Notes under the pieces: model-generated
What the model was told of the DNA's origin: nothing
Database searches by the model: none
What the model saw: the letters and a program-made list of their open reading frames with translations, nothing else
Program-made: the position numbers and the translations under genes
From: Eledone cirrhosa
Lineage: Eukaryota
Assembly (NCBI GenBank): GCA_964016885.1
Contig: OZ024755.1
Location: 1,240,001-1,304,000 of the forward strand
DNA length: 64,000 nt
Direction: 5' to 3'
Shown here: piece after piece, positions 28,921 to 49,224 of the stretch
Layout: every line of letters begins with the position of its first letter
Position numbering within the stretch: the first letter of the stretch is position 1

Positions 28921-29159
28921 CAAAACATAAACACATTAAATTAAGTCATTTGTGTATTAACTAGACTTTACTTCTACTTTATGTCCTTGACTTACTGTGA
29001 CAGTAAACTAACCGAGATTCGATATATGAAAGTATTAAAGTACATCGGAAGGATTTGAAAACTGTAGAGTACGACTGACCAGCTGTTAACTTGCATCGCT
29101 GTAATGTCCTGCTGCCAGTGTGACAACCCCACTGCGCGCACGCACACACACACACTGGT

Positions 29160-29211
<52 letters not shown>

Positions 29212-29216
<5 letters not shown>

Positions 29217-30512
29217 AGGATGAATATAAAATGAAAGTGCTTTTGTTAAAAAAGGAATTTATTAGGTATTGACATGTGTTTCTGTAACAGACCGAATACC
29301 TATGTATCGCTGCTTGCGTAATCATATAATGTTAGCAAGTATTCGATAGCAAATGTATAATCAGTTGTCACTTCTTCAGAGATTTTGGATAAACTGGATA
29401 AAATCAGAAAAATCGAAGTATTTATATTAGTAAAAGAGGAAGGAACAGAGAGGATAGTATATGACAGATGGTAAAATAATTTACTGCTAAACAAGTATAT
29501 TATGGGTTTTTAATGAGAATACCATGAGTAAATCTAAATAAGAATTTTGGGAGTGCCAATTTTAATCTCTACTTGACCAACTGGACAGTGGACAGGGCTG
29601 GTCATTTGGTGCAGTAGTATTAATTATGTAATGTAGAATTATGTAATGTAGAATTATTTTGTATTATGAAATCCAAAAACATTTTATTAAATAACAGAAT
29701 AGAGCGATCGTTATACTGTAACCATCGCTTAAAATCTACATTTTCATATTATAAATACTACCAGGATTGAACGCCTGTCTCTATCCCCGTTTGATTGTCA
29801 AAATAGATATGAACATTCTTTATTAGTCTTAATTCTATCAACTCTTCTATTATTTACCTTTTAATACAAACTGCTATAGATAAAATGAGATTTCTGATTT
29901 CTTGATTCAATTCCCTAATGCATATACCAGCTGGCTACTAGCATTGATGTTATTTAGTAGCAATCGAAATCTCCCCCTTCCCCAATTGACACTTTATAAT
30001 TAATACTACTGCACCAAATGACCAGCCCTGTCCACTGTCCAGTTGGTCAAGTAGAGATTAAAATTGGCACTCCCAAAATTCTTATTTAGATTTACTCATG
30101 GTATTCTCATTAAAAACCCATTATATACTTGTTTAGCAGTAAATTATTTTACCATCTGTCATATACTATCCCCTCTGTTCCTTCCTCTTTTACTAATATA
30201 AATACTTCAATTTTTCTGATTTTATCCAGTTTATCCAAAATCTCTGAAGAAGTGACAACTGATTATACATTTGCTATCGAATACTTGCTAACATTATATG
30301 ATTACGCAAGCAGCGATACATAGGTATTCGGTCTGTTACAGAAACATATGTCAATACCTAATAAATTCCTTTTTTAACAAAAGCACTTTCATTTTATATT
30401 CATCCTTTCTACATTTCTCCGGAATATAATTTATACTCGTTGAGCAAACCTGCACGTACGCTGTTCATCTCTAACGTAACGATATATTATCACTACATTA
30501 TTGATAACCTGG

Positions 30513-30520
<8 letters not shown>
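29212..30520 (+). mobile_element. PLE-like element with 416-bp inverted arms (29212-29627 and 29996-30411) and a 3' tail
   Basis: Arms differ at about four positions; each holds CUGAAGA...GAAAC-A(U/C)AU-GUC; bounded by (TA)n on both sides. Confidence 0.75.
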
Positions 30521-30574
<54 letters not shown>

Positions 30575-30576
<2 letters not shown>

Positions 30577-31232
30577 ACGACGGAATGCTTTTCTATATGT
30601 TCTTCGGAAAATATATTTACTCCATTCCAGAAACTAATTAGTTGGAAGTGATATTTTAGTAAGTAAGTCAATTTTATAATTTTTTTATAATTTTATTATC
30701 TTACGTCTCTCATATTATTGTTCTGCAACCCCATGCATTGAACCACAATGTTACTAAGACAAAAACCTATATATTTGCTAGCATTGATGTGCATCTGTAT
30801 GTATATAAATGTTACGAGATATAAATTCTTTATAATTATCTCCAATTAATTTGTCGAGCAATATTGGCCATGACTGCTGCTGCTGTAGTAGTAGGCAGGC
30901 CGCTGTCTTATTAACAACTCGCTTTCCACTGATTGACCTCGATGTCACGTGATTGATTCTTTTTGAATTTGCCACAGACGTAGAGACAGTGATTTTCTCA
31001 ATGGCCAGGATTTCAGTCCACGCTTCGCTATTTCCTCTCCACTGAATTATTTTTTTAATAAGTTTCCAGAGTCCTCGCTATGCCTGGAAACTTACATGAA
31101 AAGAGACTTTCCTGACGACGGAATGCTTTTCGATATGTTCTTCGGAAAATATATTTACTCCATTCCAGAAACTAATTAGTTGGAAGTGATATTTTAGTAA
31201 GTAAGTCAATTTTATAATTTTCTTATCTTACG

Positions 31233-31240
<8 letters not shown>
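30575..31240 (+). mobile_element. PLE-like element with a direct-repeat pseudo-LTR (30575-30713 and 31113-31240)
   Basis: Direct repeat of about 130-140 bp carrying an HHR; (TA)n on both sides. Confidence 0.75.
31106..31187 (+). ncRNA. Type I hammerhead ribozyme with palindromic helix III
   Basis: ACUUUC-CUGACGA-C-GGAAUG(35 nt)CAUUCC-A-GAAAC-UAAUUA-GUU/GGAAGU; ACUAAUUAGU is a perfect palindrome. Confidence 0.8.
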
Positions 31241-31293
<53 letters not shown>

Positions 31294-31331
31294 GTTCTTA
31301 TATATATATATAAGGAGAGAGAGAGAGAGAT

Positions 31332-31518
31332 AAGTTTATCCCGGGTTCAATCGGGGGTGACCACAGTAAGTAAGGTACTCAATACAAAGCAGAGTATAAA
31401 TATTTAACATACAAAATCTTCTACAGGACTAGAACTGTTTCATTCATGAGAAATCATCAGGAAGTTCCTCATGATTTCTCACGAATGAAACAGTTCTAGT
31501 CCTGTAGAAGATTTTCTA
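31332..31518 (-). mobile_element. Second copy of the 15678 PLE-like fold-back element
   Basis: Same tail (tttatcccgggttcaatcggggg...gtactcaatacaaagcagag) and fold-back. Confidence 0.78.
31418..31464 (-). ncRNA. Type I hammerhead ribozyme, intact core
   Basis: CUUC-CUGAUGA-U-UUC(UCAU)GAA-U-GAAAC-AG(UUCUAGUC)CU-GUA/GAAG. Confidence 0.78.
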
Positions 31519-31522
31519 TATC

Positions 31523-31572
<50 letters not shown>

Positions 31573-32102
31573 AGTTTGATATCTCTGCTGGTTTAAACCT
31601 CAATAAAGTTACCGTTATAGACAAATAGCTGTCAATGTCGCTGAATAACGTTAAAATCAGAGCTAGTCATCTTTATTCCATCAGGTTTCATCTTCACACA
31701 ATTTTACTTTTGAAATGAAAGCATGTATGATCAAAGTGGAACCTTTAGAGCATAAAGAACGTGTTGTAAAAGGAAGGTTTCCACTCCACAGCCCCTCCCC
31801 AGGAGTTTCAACAAAATAATAATTTAAACTGACAGTTCTGAATTGTCTAGTGTTTCAGTAATAATATAATACTGTTGTTATCTAACTAGAATATCTAGAA
31901 TTATTTCTATTGTTTCTGTCTTTTGTTTGAATTATTTTTGTTGTTGCTTTGGATTTTTAGTTGGTTGATTTATTTGGCAATTCGTCTTGACACATTAATA
32001 TAGAACAAACAAACCGAGCTTTGAATAACGTGAGTGAATAGGAAGTGAATAACTGTTGTTATGAGGAAAGGTAAGTAATACTGTGTGTGTATATATAGAT
32101 AT

Positions 32103-32139
<37 letters not shown>

Positions 32140-32244
32140 TAGATACCGTAATACTGTATATATATAGAGAGAGAGGGGGGCGGCTTAAATACACATATCA
32201 TATAAATATATATATACTCAGAATATAACACTTTCATATATACC

Positions 32245-34315
<2,071 letters not shown>

Positions 34316-34574
34316 TATTATTAACAATGTATATATATGTTAACAGCACCCTGCCCAACTGCGAGTGATAGCACCTCTTATTTTTCAATGCTTATTTTTC
34401 AATGTTTATTTTTTATTTCTTCAATGTTTATTTTTTACTTTTTACTATTCTTTATCCTCCAATTTTATTTTCTACACTATCTCACTCTACTCTTTAAACT
34501 CCTCCCAACTTATGGCATCCCCATATATATTCTTCTGTCTTGGCTTTGTTAATACTTGTGTAATATGTACTCAC

Positions 34575-34634
34575 TCTTTATGCTCTGATGAGTCCCACTT
34601 ATAGTGTGGACGAAACACTGTTAGCAAGTAAAGA
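34575..34634 (+). ncRNA. Type I hammerhead ribozyme with canonical core
   Basis: UCUUUA-UGCU-CUGAUGA-GUCC-CACU(UAU)AGUG-GGAC-GAAAC-ACU-GUU/AGCA-AG-UAAAGA, with a small internal loop or bulge in helix II; lies in a unique island of about 430 bp between giant microsatellites. Confidence 0.82.
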
Positions 34635-34759
34635 TATACCTATGTTCTAAGCGTTCTTTGTTGTTAATTATATTACGGCTCTGTCCTCAGACATCGAGCT
34701 AACCTTATACTGCCTATTGGATAAGTGGAGTGTTACACACTCCTGATCCCCTCCCTTAT

Positions 34760-39743
<4,984 letters not shown>

Positions 39744-41171
39744 TAGGGCCAGGCAGGTTAAAAGAGAGGGAGAGAGCTGAAAGCTCTCTCCTTTATAGGG
39801 TCCCAGGACGGAAGTGACAAAGAAGGTTCTGCCACCTCAACGGGAAGTAACTCCAGCTACATCCTGTCTAGAGAGCGCTACTGTTAAATTGGGAAGTTGA
39901 TCTACAATATCCAATCGGTTTCTCATCTCATAAAACCATTGAACTGCTCGCATATAAAATATACGATGACGGTGCCCCAGCATGGCCTCACCCTCTCGGC
40001 TGGAACACGTAATAGAATAACAAAATAGAGATACAAAATAGAGATACAAAATCTTTGTGATTGGAAATCATAGAAAAAAAAAACACAAATGTATTTTCTC
40101 TGAAATCGATTTCGACAAAGGAAAATTGATTCAATAAAATGATTTCGATAAAGAAGAAAATGAAAAACTGTGAAAAGAGTTAAGTTGATGTCATAAGTGT
40201 TTGGTTTGATAAGATTTCTTTGTTCCTAGAAACGGGAATTCTCTGGAGGAAACCATTAAATCTTGTTTTGAAAATAACTCTTAAAATATAAACATATAAA
40301 ACAGTATTTTAAGGAATTAATGACGAAGAAGATAACATTGTTATTGTTGATCAGCCCGTGGCTGGTCTCTTGTCAACTCCTGGTCAGACCTTGGATAGTC
40401 TCTGTTCGGTTCCTGGTCAACCACTTTTCAGGCCCTGGTCAACCTATGGTCAGCCTATTTTCAGACTCTGATCAGTGACTGGCTGGCCCCTAGTCAGCCT
40501 CTTATATGGTTGTTGGAACTGCTAGAAATCGCAATCGAATTCCCACCCAGCCACCATCAAATCCCGTCTTAAAAAAGTAAATGAAATTTGATGGAATCAA
40601 GTGGGACGCTCCTCGTCGGTATCGACGGATGTCCAACACTCTTCCATCCTTCTAGAAAATATTTCCATTTCTCATCTTTTCTGGTCGTCTGATAACTTAT
40701 TGCCATCTTAGCAATTGGCTCTTCTTTTTCTTCTTTTTCACTTCTCCTCGCTTGGTTTATCAGAACGAGGTTTGTTTCACCAGAGACTCGTTTTGGAAGT
40801 CATTTTATCTCGCGTTTTATACACACACAGACAGAGAGAAAGATATATATATATATATATAAACACCACTCCCATACACGGACATTCTCTTGTTATTTCC
40901 TATTGTATAAACCTGTCGTTCAAATCAAACCATTTCTCACAGACATCCACACACACGTCCACACACATCATCTCGACGATTCTCTTCATTCTTTTCATTC
41001 TTCACTAATTTAATTTCCCGTCTTTACTCCCTCCTAACACCTTCAAGAAATCGTCTATCAATCGTTATTTATTACAAATAGAAAAATATTTGAAGCTAAC
41101 AGAGATAAACCATAATGGAGATGTAAAGAATTTCTCTCGGATACAGATTTACCGTCGACAGGTGGAGGGTT

Positions 41172-41202
<31 letters not shown>

Positions 41203-41914
41203 ACGCACACGCACACGCACGAATCCTCTCTCTCACACACACATACGCACATACACACTTACTCTTTGTCTCTCTCACTCACTCACTCACTCACTCACTC
41301 TCTCTCACACTCACTCACTCACTCTCTCTCTATCTGTCTCTCAGCTCAGTACAGCACCTGACTCTGCCAAATCGCCGCCTATCACAAACAATACACATCA
41401 AAGACAACCTCCAATATCTCCGACTACATTAATTGCTCCAATCTCATTTACCCTACCCACTCTTTTTAATATGTGTTTCCCTATAAAATATTCACAACGA
41501 CCGTTCTACCATTGGCCACAGCAACTGTTATCTTCCATAGAAGCTAAGTACAGTGGTGTAACATCAGATATGAACTGTAGAGATTATCTTCCGTTTTAAT
41601 CTGACTTCGTCTTCTCTGCACTGTTTTAAACACTTGTCGTACACAAGCCGACATTTCACTGTGATTTCTCTTCCGATATCACTTTACTATATCAGACATG
41701 TCATGTAATATAGAATACAAAATAGCAGATTAACCTTCAGATTTACAAACGGTGACCTTTTTCGTTATATTATTCACAACTGCGTCATTTCAATATATAT
41801 CATCGTTTCTCTGGGCCACTCTTTTGTAGTTTATAAACTACGAAACTTTAAACATCAGACATTTTATTAAACAAAAGAAAGAAAGAAGACATTCTTTTGG
41901 AGTTTACTACAAAA

Positions 41915-42305
41915 TAATGGTTTCGTATTTAGAGGAAAGTCGATTAAATCGACCTCAGTGCGTAACTGGTACTTTATTTTATCGACCCCGTAAGGATGAC
42001 AGGCAAAGTTAACCTCAGTGGGATTTGAACTCAGACCGTAAAGGGCTGTAACTTTATACTGCAAAGCATGGCGTCCGACCCTCTACCGATACTGCCAGTC
42101 CACCGCCCTAGTTTACTGCAAAATAATGGTTTCTTATTTAGGCACAAAGCCAGCAATGTGAAGGGGAGGGGGAAAGTCGATTAAATCGACCTCAGTGTAT
42201 TACTGGTACTTTATTTCATCGATCCTGTAAGGATGAAAGGCAAAGCTAACCACGGTGGGATTTGAACTCAGAACGTAAAGGGACGAAACTATATGCTACG
42301 AAGCA
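41915..42305 (-). mobile_element. Two tandem Nin-domain SINEs
   Basis: Two successive reverse-complement Nin cores (about 41965-42035 and 42200-42275). Confidence 0.88.
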
Positions 42306-42581
42306 GTGTGTCCTCCCCACCACCACCGATGTTGTTCCTGGTGTAGGGCAGGAGACATGAGATGTTGTTCCTGACCTTGTGTAGGACAGCCGGGAATTAA
42401 ATGGTAGACATATTTCAATATAACTTTACTGCACTATCCTATCTGAAGCTAATCGATAATATCACTAATGTATACTTAGGAACGCAAAATATTGGAAATT
42501 GCTTCTTAGTATTGTTGGTCATCAATATATTGCTGTTTTCATTTATAAATAAATGCCTATCTATCTGTCTATCTATCTATT

Positions 42582-42625
<44 letters not shown>

Positions 42626-43440
42626 GTATTTTTGTAGTTATTAAGGCCACAGCTACAAGCCAACTCTCTGTTATATTACTGTGGTAATACAACCCAACTC
42701 TCTATTATCTACCATAAATATCGCTGTAGTTATTAAGGTCTCAACAACAATTCAGCTTAGTGTTATGTTACAGCCAATTATTGCTACATTGTAAAACATA
42801 AGAGAGAATAACGGCATATTTCCTGCAATCGATTGGAATGTAAGAATCCCAAGACAATGATGCTTGAATAGATAAAACGTGTCTAGAATCCAGTGGGATG
42901 TTGGCTGTTTCATCAACAATGCATGGATGAATAAATTATTGAATCTTGAGAACATCAACCATGTCGATACTATCGATAAATATATCACTCATATATATAT
43001 GTGTGTGTGTGTGTGTGTATAAATATATATTTATGTATATGCATATATAAATACAGAGGAGAGAATGTGTTATATAGAGAGAGGAGGAAAGTGTGTGTGT
43101 GTGTGTGAATATAAACCGACGTATTCGTGAATTCAACCAAAAACTGATTTCGTTTTCTCTACTTACAAGTCCAAATTTTCTAAAAAAATCAATTCTATAT
43201 AATCGATACACTATATAATCAATACAATTCTATATAATCAATACAACCAATCCTTGCATTAAACTGGACGGAGTGAAAGCCGAGATCGGTGGAAAACGAA
43301 CGTAAAAGAAATCCCACTGCACAGATTTCTGCCGAACTTAATGTATATTTTACATGGCGTCGTTAGAAGGTCGGATAGAATATTCCAGCAGAGAGGTTGA
43401 GACCATGCTGGGGCACTCTCCACCACTACATTGCTACGAC

Positions 43441-43877
43441 GTGTCTCAAGACATGGGATGTATTGATGGATGTGACTGACCGTGGTCATTGGAACACTTT
43501 GGCTGCCCCATGTGTCTCAAGACATGGGATGTATTGACAGATGTAACTGACCATGGTCATTGGAACACTTTGGCTGCCCCATGTGTCTCAAGACATGGGA
43601 TGTATTGACAGATGTAACTGACCATGGTCATTGGAACACTTTGGCTGCCCCATGTGTCTCAAGACATGGGATGTATTGACAGATGTAACTGACCATGGTC
43701 ATTGGAACACTTTGGCTGCCCCATGTGTCTCAAGACATGGGATGTATTGACAGATGTAACTGACCATGGTCATTGGAACACTTTGGCTGCCCCATGTGTC
43801 TCAAGACGTGGGATGTATTGACAGATGTAACTGACCATGGTCATTGGAACACTTTGGCTGCCCCATGTGTCTCAAGA
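43441..43877. repeat. 71-bp minisatellite, about 6 copies
   Basis: Unit gtgtctcaagacatgggatgtattgacagatgtaactgaccatggtcattggaacactttggctgccccat, no spacers. Confidence 0.96.
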
Positions 43878-44608
43878 AACCTCATTAGGGCTGAGCTGTA
43901 GTTAAATAACTATAAAAAACCCGAGCTAATATTACAACCTCTACATGGTCGTGTGATCTGCTAGAAATAGAAGTTACATACGCTATTTCTCAGAAAGATA
44001 TCAAATTATATTCTTCGTTCGATTCTAGATGAATTCTCAAAAAAAATATAAGTAGATAAATAAATACATTTCATTGGGTGTAAATAATAATAAAATAATA
44101 TGGATTTTTTTTCTTTAGACTACGAATTGGTTTCGTCTCACATACCAATAGCTTGTCATTTTAAATCGATCGGTAATTATCATACAAAAGCTGACATTCT
44201 ACCATCGTCTAGCCGTAAGGTAGATAATGTTTAACACATTTTCTACTCTGTAATTGTGTAACTGTAATATATAAAGTAGTTTTAACGATATCAAGTTGGT
44301 TGTGTTGTGAAGAAATCTCACTTGGTATTCCATCACAATCGATCTCTCTGTGCCAGCGTTGCCACCATTGGAAAAGGAATCTGGTCTTTTACTGGAACTT
44401 TGGGTTGGTCCATTAATTACCTTGTAAGTAGAATTTGGTAGATGGAAACGGTGCGGAAGCCCACAGTGCGTATGTATATATATATATATATATATATATC
44501 ACAGAAAAAAGAGAATCAGTGTTGCGACGAAAGGAATTTATTGGACATATTACAATTGTTTCTCGGGCGACCAGCTCGTGGCACGATCGATGTGGTGACC
44601 AAACCTGA

Positions 44609-44661
<53 letters not shown>

Positions 44662-44914
44662 AAATAAAATAAAACAAGGACGATTGGTTACTCCTTCATT
44701 ACGGTTATTGGTTGGTGACACGCGTTTCGCCACTGATCAACTCAAGGTTCGATATATATATATAGAACAAATTTACGAGGAAATCTTGTATGGAAACTCA
44801 GTTAATCTTTTTTCTGTACCATTCCAGTTTGTGTAGTTTCAGCAACGGTGGCAACTTTATTTCGTCTTTTGTAATATTGTGTGATGAAGTAAAATGTTAG
44901 GACATCTTCTTATT

Positions 44915-45641
44915 GTTGGTGTTGGTGTAGATAGTTTGATCTGAGGATGTTGGTGTAGATAGTTTGATCTGAGGATGTTTGTGTAGATAGTTTGATCAAG
45001 GATGTTGGTGTAGATAGTTTAATCAAGGGTGTTGGTGTAGATAGTTTGATCTGAGGATGTTTGTGTAGATAGTTTGATCTGAGGATGTTGGTGTAGATAG
45101 TTTGATCTGAGGATGTTTGTGTAGATAGTTTGATCAAGGATGTTGGTGTAGATAGTTTAATCAAGGGTGTTGGTGTAGATAGTTTGATCTGAGGATGTTT
45201 GTGTAGATAGTTTGATCTGAGGATGTTGGTGTAGATAGTTTGATCTGAGGATGTTTGTGTAGATAGTTTGATCAAGGATGTTGGTGTAGATAGTTTAATC
45301 AAGGGTGTTGGTGTAGATAGTTTGATCTGAGGATGTTTGTGTAGATAGTTTGATCTGAGGATGTTGGTGTAGATAGTTTGATCTGAGGATGTTTGTGTAG
45401 ATAGTTTGATCAAGGATGTTGGTGTAGATAGTTTAATCAAGGGTGTTGGTGTAGATAGTTTGATCTGAGGATGTTTGTGTAGATAGTTTGATCTGAGGAT
45501 GTTGGTGTAGATAGTTTAATCAAGGGTGTTGGTGTAGATAGTTTGATCTGAGGATGTTGGTGTAGATAGTTTGATCTGAGGATGTTGGTGTAGATAGTTT
45601 AATCAAGGGTGTTGGTGTAGATAGTTTGATCCGAGGATGTT
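44915..45641. repeat. 27/28-bp minisatellite with a 138-bp higher-order period
   Basis: Unit ggatgttggtgtagatagtttgatctga; the aatcaaggg variant recurs at 45021, 45159, 45297 and 45435. Confidence 0.95.
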
Positions 45642-46246
45642 GTGGTCTGAATTCCAATCAGTTTATCTTCAAGTGTTTACTTGTCTTTAAATATAGTAGA
45701 AAGATCAACCAATGAAACCGGACAACGTTTTAGATTTAACAAACTTCAAATAGTGTTGCGCAGACGAGAATCGTTAGGAATAGCGAAAAGCTAATCAATG
45801 AAGGTATGTAATTAAGAAGCCAATAAACACCAGTATTATTATTATTATTATTATCTTTATTATTATTGTTGTTGTTGTTGTTGTTGTCATCAAAGAAAGA
45901 AAAGTTAAGAAAAGTTTGAATCTAGAATAAATAAACTAATAATATTAACCAGAACAGAATAAAATTAACAGGAAAAGTCTGTGTAAATATTGTTAACAAG
46001 AAAGATAATTAACTTGGTTGTTTGTCTGAACAATTCCTTGTGAAGAGAAACAGGAAAATGTACTGCAGCCCATCTGTGTGTGTATATATGTATATATGTG
46101 TGTGTATATGTATATATGTGTGTGTATATATATGTATGTATGTGTATGTATGTATATATATATGTACGTATATGTGTGTGTGTGTGTATATATGTGTATA
46201 TATATATGTATGTGTGTATATATGTTTGTATATATGTATATATATG

Positions 46247-46289
<43 letters not shown>

Positions 46290-46291
<2 letters not shown>

Positions 46292-46701
46292 AGGATAACA
46301 AGTTAACGTTTTAGGTAATCCAGTTAGAGGACACACTGTATTTAAGGTCGAGTGACGCACTTTCGAGTGATTAGCGGCCTTTAGACTCACCTGATCAATG
46401 AAACAATTGTTATTACTTGAAATAAAACCGACCATGTTATTCTTCACTCTTTCACTACTATATATAAGTTTTATAAATATTTGACATGACCAAGGATGAT
46501 ATACCTTAACGGCTCAAGTTATCCCTGGAAAGTCTTTCCAGGGATAACTTGAACCGTTAAGGTATATTATCCTTGGTCATGTCAAATATTTATAAAACTT
46601 TTTGTATTTTATCTGATGATAGCGTACCAAAATGTTGGTACCCTTGAAATATATATAATTGAATAAAAAAAGTTTTATAAATATAGTTTCCATTTAATAT
46701 C

Positions 46702-46774
<73 letters not shown>

Positions 46775-46946
46775 GTGAAGAATAACATGGTCGGCTGTAC
46801 AAAAAGGGTTTTATTTCAAGTAATAACAATTGTTTCATTGATCAGGTGAGTCTAAAGGCCGCTAATCACTCGAAATTGCGTCACTCGACCTTAAATACAG
46901 TGTGTCCTCTAACTGGATTACCTAAAACAATAACTTGTTATCCTAT
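46290..46946. mobile_element. Nested inverted repeats: outer arms about 46290-46463 and 46769-46946, inner palindrome 46466-46600
   Basis: Direct reading; outer arms carry GAAAC-AAUU-GUU; the inner element is followed by an HHR. Confidence 0.7.
46586..46684 (+). ncRNA. Type I hammerhead ribozyme with a long helix I
   Basis: CUGAUGA at 46613-46619, then U-AGcGUACCAA(AAUG)UUGGUACcCU-U-GAAAU-AUAU-AUA; flanks atatttataaaacttttt and aaaaagttttataaatat pair. Confidence 0.72.
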
Positions 46947-46965
46947 ATATACCTTTGTGTGTGTG

Positions 46966-47006
<41 letters not shown>

Positions 47007-47164
47007 AGAAGTTGTATTTAATTTGTTGGAAGTCCGACAAACATAAATGTTTATAACTGATTTAGAGCACTCAACAAGTTACTGGAGTAAATATTCAATG
47101 ATATTAAATATATATATATATACCTTTGTGTGTACCTTTGTGTGTGTGTCTATATATATATAAA

Positions 47165-47246
<82 letters not shown>

Positions 47247-47439
47247 ACACATCAACTGCCATGGCTATACTCACTTACCCACCTCATATATCTGCTATAA
47301 CATATCACGTTCATCACTGACCGCCTTTCTCTCTCTCCACTCTGCCTTTCATTCTAGACAAATAATCTGGGATTAAATTAATCTCTGCTTTAAAGAATAA
47401 TTCTTAAGACACTTTGTTTCATTGCTTATAAATATCTAT

Positions 47440-47457
47440 AAACTGTATATATGTATA

Positions 47458-47507
<50 letters not shown>

Positions 47508-48130
47508 CTATATATCTATAAACTATATATCTATAAACTATATATCTATATACTCTATATATATATATATACTCTCTATATATATAAACTATGTATCTAT
47601 ATACTTTATATATATATAAACTATGTATCTATATACTTTATATATATATAAACTATGTATCTATATACTTTATATATATATAAACTATGTATATATATAC
47701 TATATATATATATATACTATATATATATATAAACTATATATATCTATAAACTATATATATCTATATACTATATATATATATCTATAAACTATATATATCT
47801 ATATACTATATATATATATATATATATACTATATATATATATAAACTATATATATCTATATACTATATATATATATATATCTATATACTATATATATATA
47901 TATATCTATATACTATATATATATATATATATAAACTATATATATATATCTATATACTATATATATATATATAAACTATATATATATATATATATATATA
48001 TACTATATATATATAAACTATATATATATAAACTATATATATATATAAACTATATATATATATATATATACTATATATATATAAACTATATATATATATA
48101 TATATACTATATATATATAAACTATATAAC
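47440..48130. repeat. (TA)n-derived compound repeat (aaactatatat/tatactat)
   Basis: Direct reading. Confidence 0.93.
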
Positions 48131-49075
48131 ACGCTGGATTTCTTTTTATGCCAGTATAATATTGATTAAGCTCCTCATTGTCTCCAATAAATATCAACGC
48201 AAATTTCTGTTTGCATGTTTATCGTCTGCTTGCAGTTTATGGCGGTTTATGTCCAGCTTATATTTAATGGCTAGCCACTATGATAGACACCGCTAATGTC
48301 GATCATTGTACATGTTTTGTTGAAATAATGAAATTGTTTAAACTAGGAAAATATTTATTAACTGACACATCTTAACTGTTTGATAGTGTGTTCAGTCGAT
48401 TGTTGCTGACTGGGATAAACATTGAGATAAAATAAATAAGTTCTTTTAAATTTAAAGATATCGTTGATTCATTACGGAAGGTTTCGTCAATTTATAGTAA
48501 ACGTCACTGATGATAGATTAAAAAATCCTGAAACACTATTGCCAGGCGGTCTTACATAGCTACTGAGATAACTGTGACACACGATCAATGCTTAAAATAT
48601 TCATAGACTTATATAAGTTCATTATACATAAACATATCGTATGTCTTCATATACACCTCTACTGTGAATGACGCTGTGTTAGTGTCGCTACTAATTATAG
48701 AAAGGTCGGCTGGAAATATAGTAATGGATGGGAGGAAGAAAAAAAACTATTCTGAAATATCATTAAACAATCGATCGGTGATGATCAAGATTATGTCTGA
48801 AATCAATAAATTATTGATTTTTAACTCTTTTAATCTATAAATAGATTTCTTTCAAAGCAGCTATAAAATGGTAGGAAAATACCTCCACCCCCCTCCTATC
48901 GTATAAATCTTTAAAACTGTGGCAAAGTCTCGGATATTACTGAGGCCTTCCTGGGACACGGAGTTAATGGCGTTTCACTCATAAATTTAATTTGACAAAA
49001 TGTTTGCGCCCAAAGTGGTCGGTGGCTGAAAAAAGGCTGGGAACCCTGCTTTAGAGTAAAGCCACTATATATACA

Positions 49076-49117
<42 letters not shown>

Positions 49118-49224
49118 ATAATAATAAAATTGAAGACTAAAATCCAAAGAGGGCTCGATAAGGAAAATATATATCAAATATATAAGAACCGTAGAGCAAA
49201 TATTTATTAAAATAACAGATTAAA

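Noticed and set aside
40570-40800. Minus-strand open frame MAISYQTTRKDEKWKYFLEGW...
   Set aside because: Short, no recognisable domain and no convincing splice sites.
48503-48545. CUGAUGA-U-AGAUU(AAA)AAUCC-U-GAAAC motif
   Set aside because: Core and helix II are present, but the cleavage triplet and helix I do not form and it is not TA-flanked; possibly a decayed copy.
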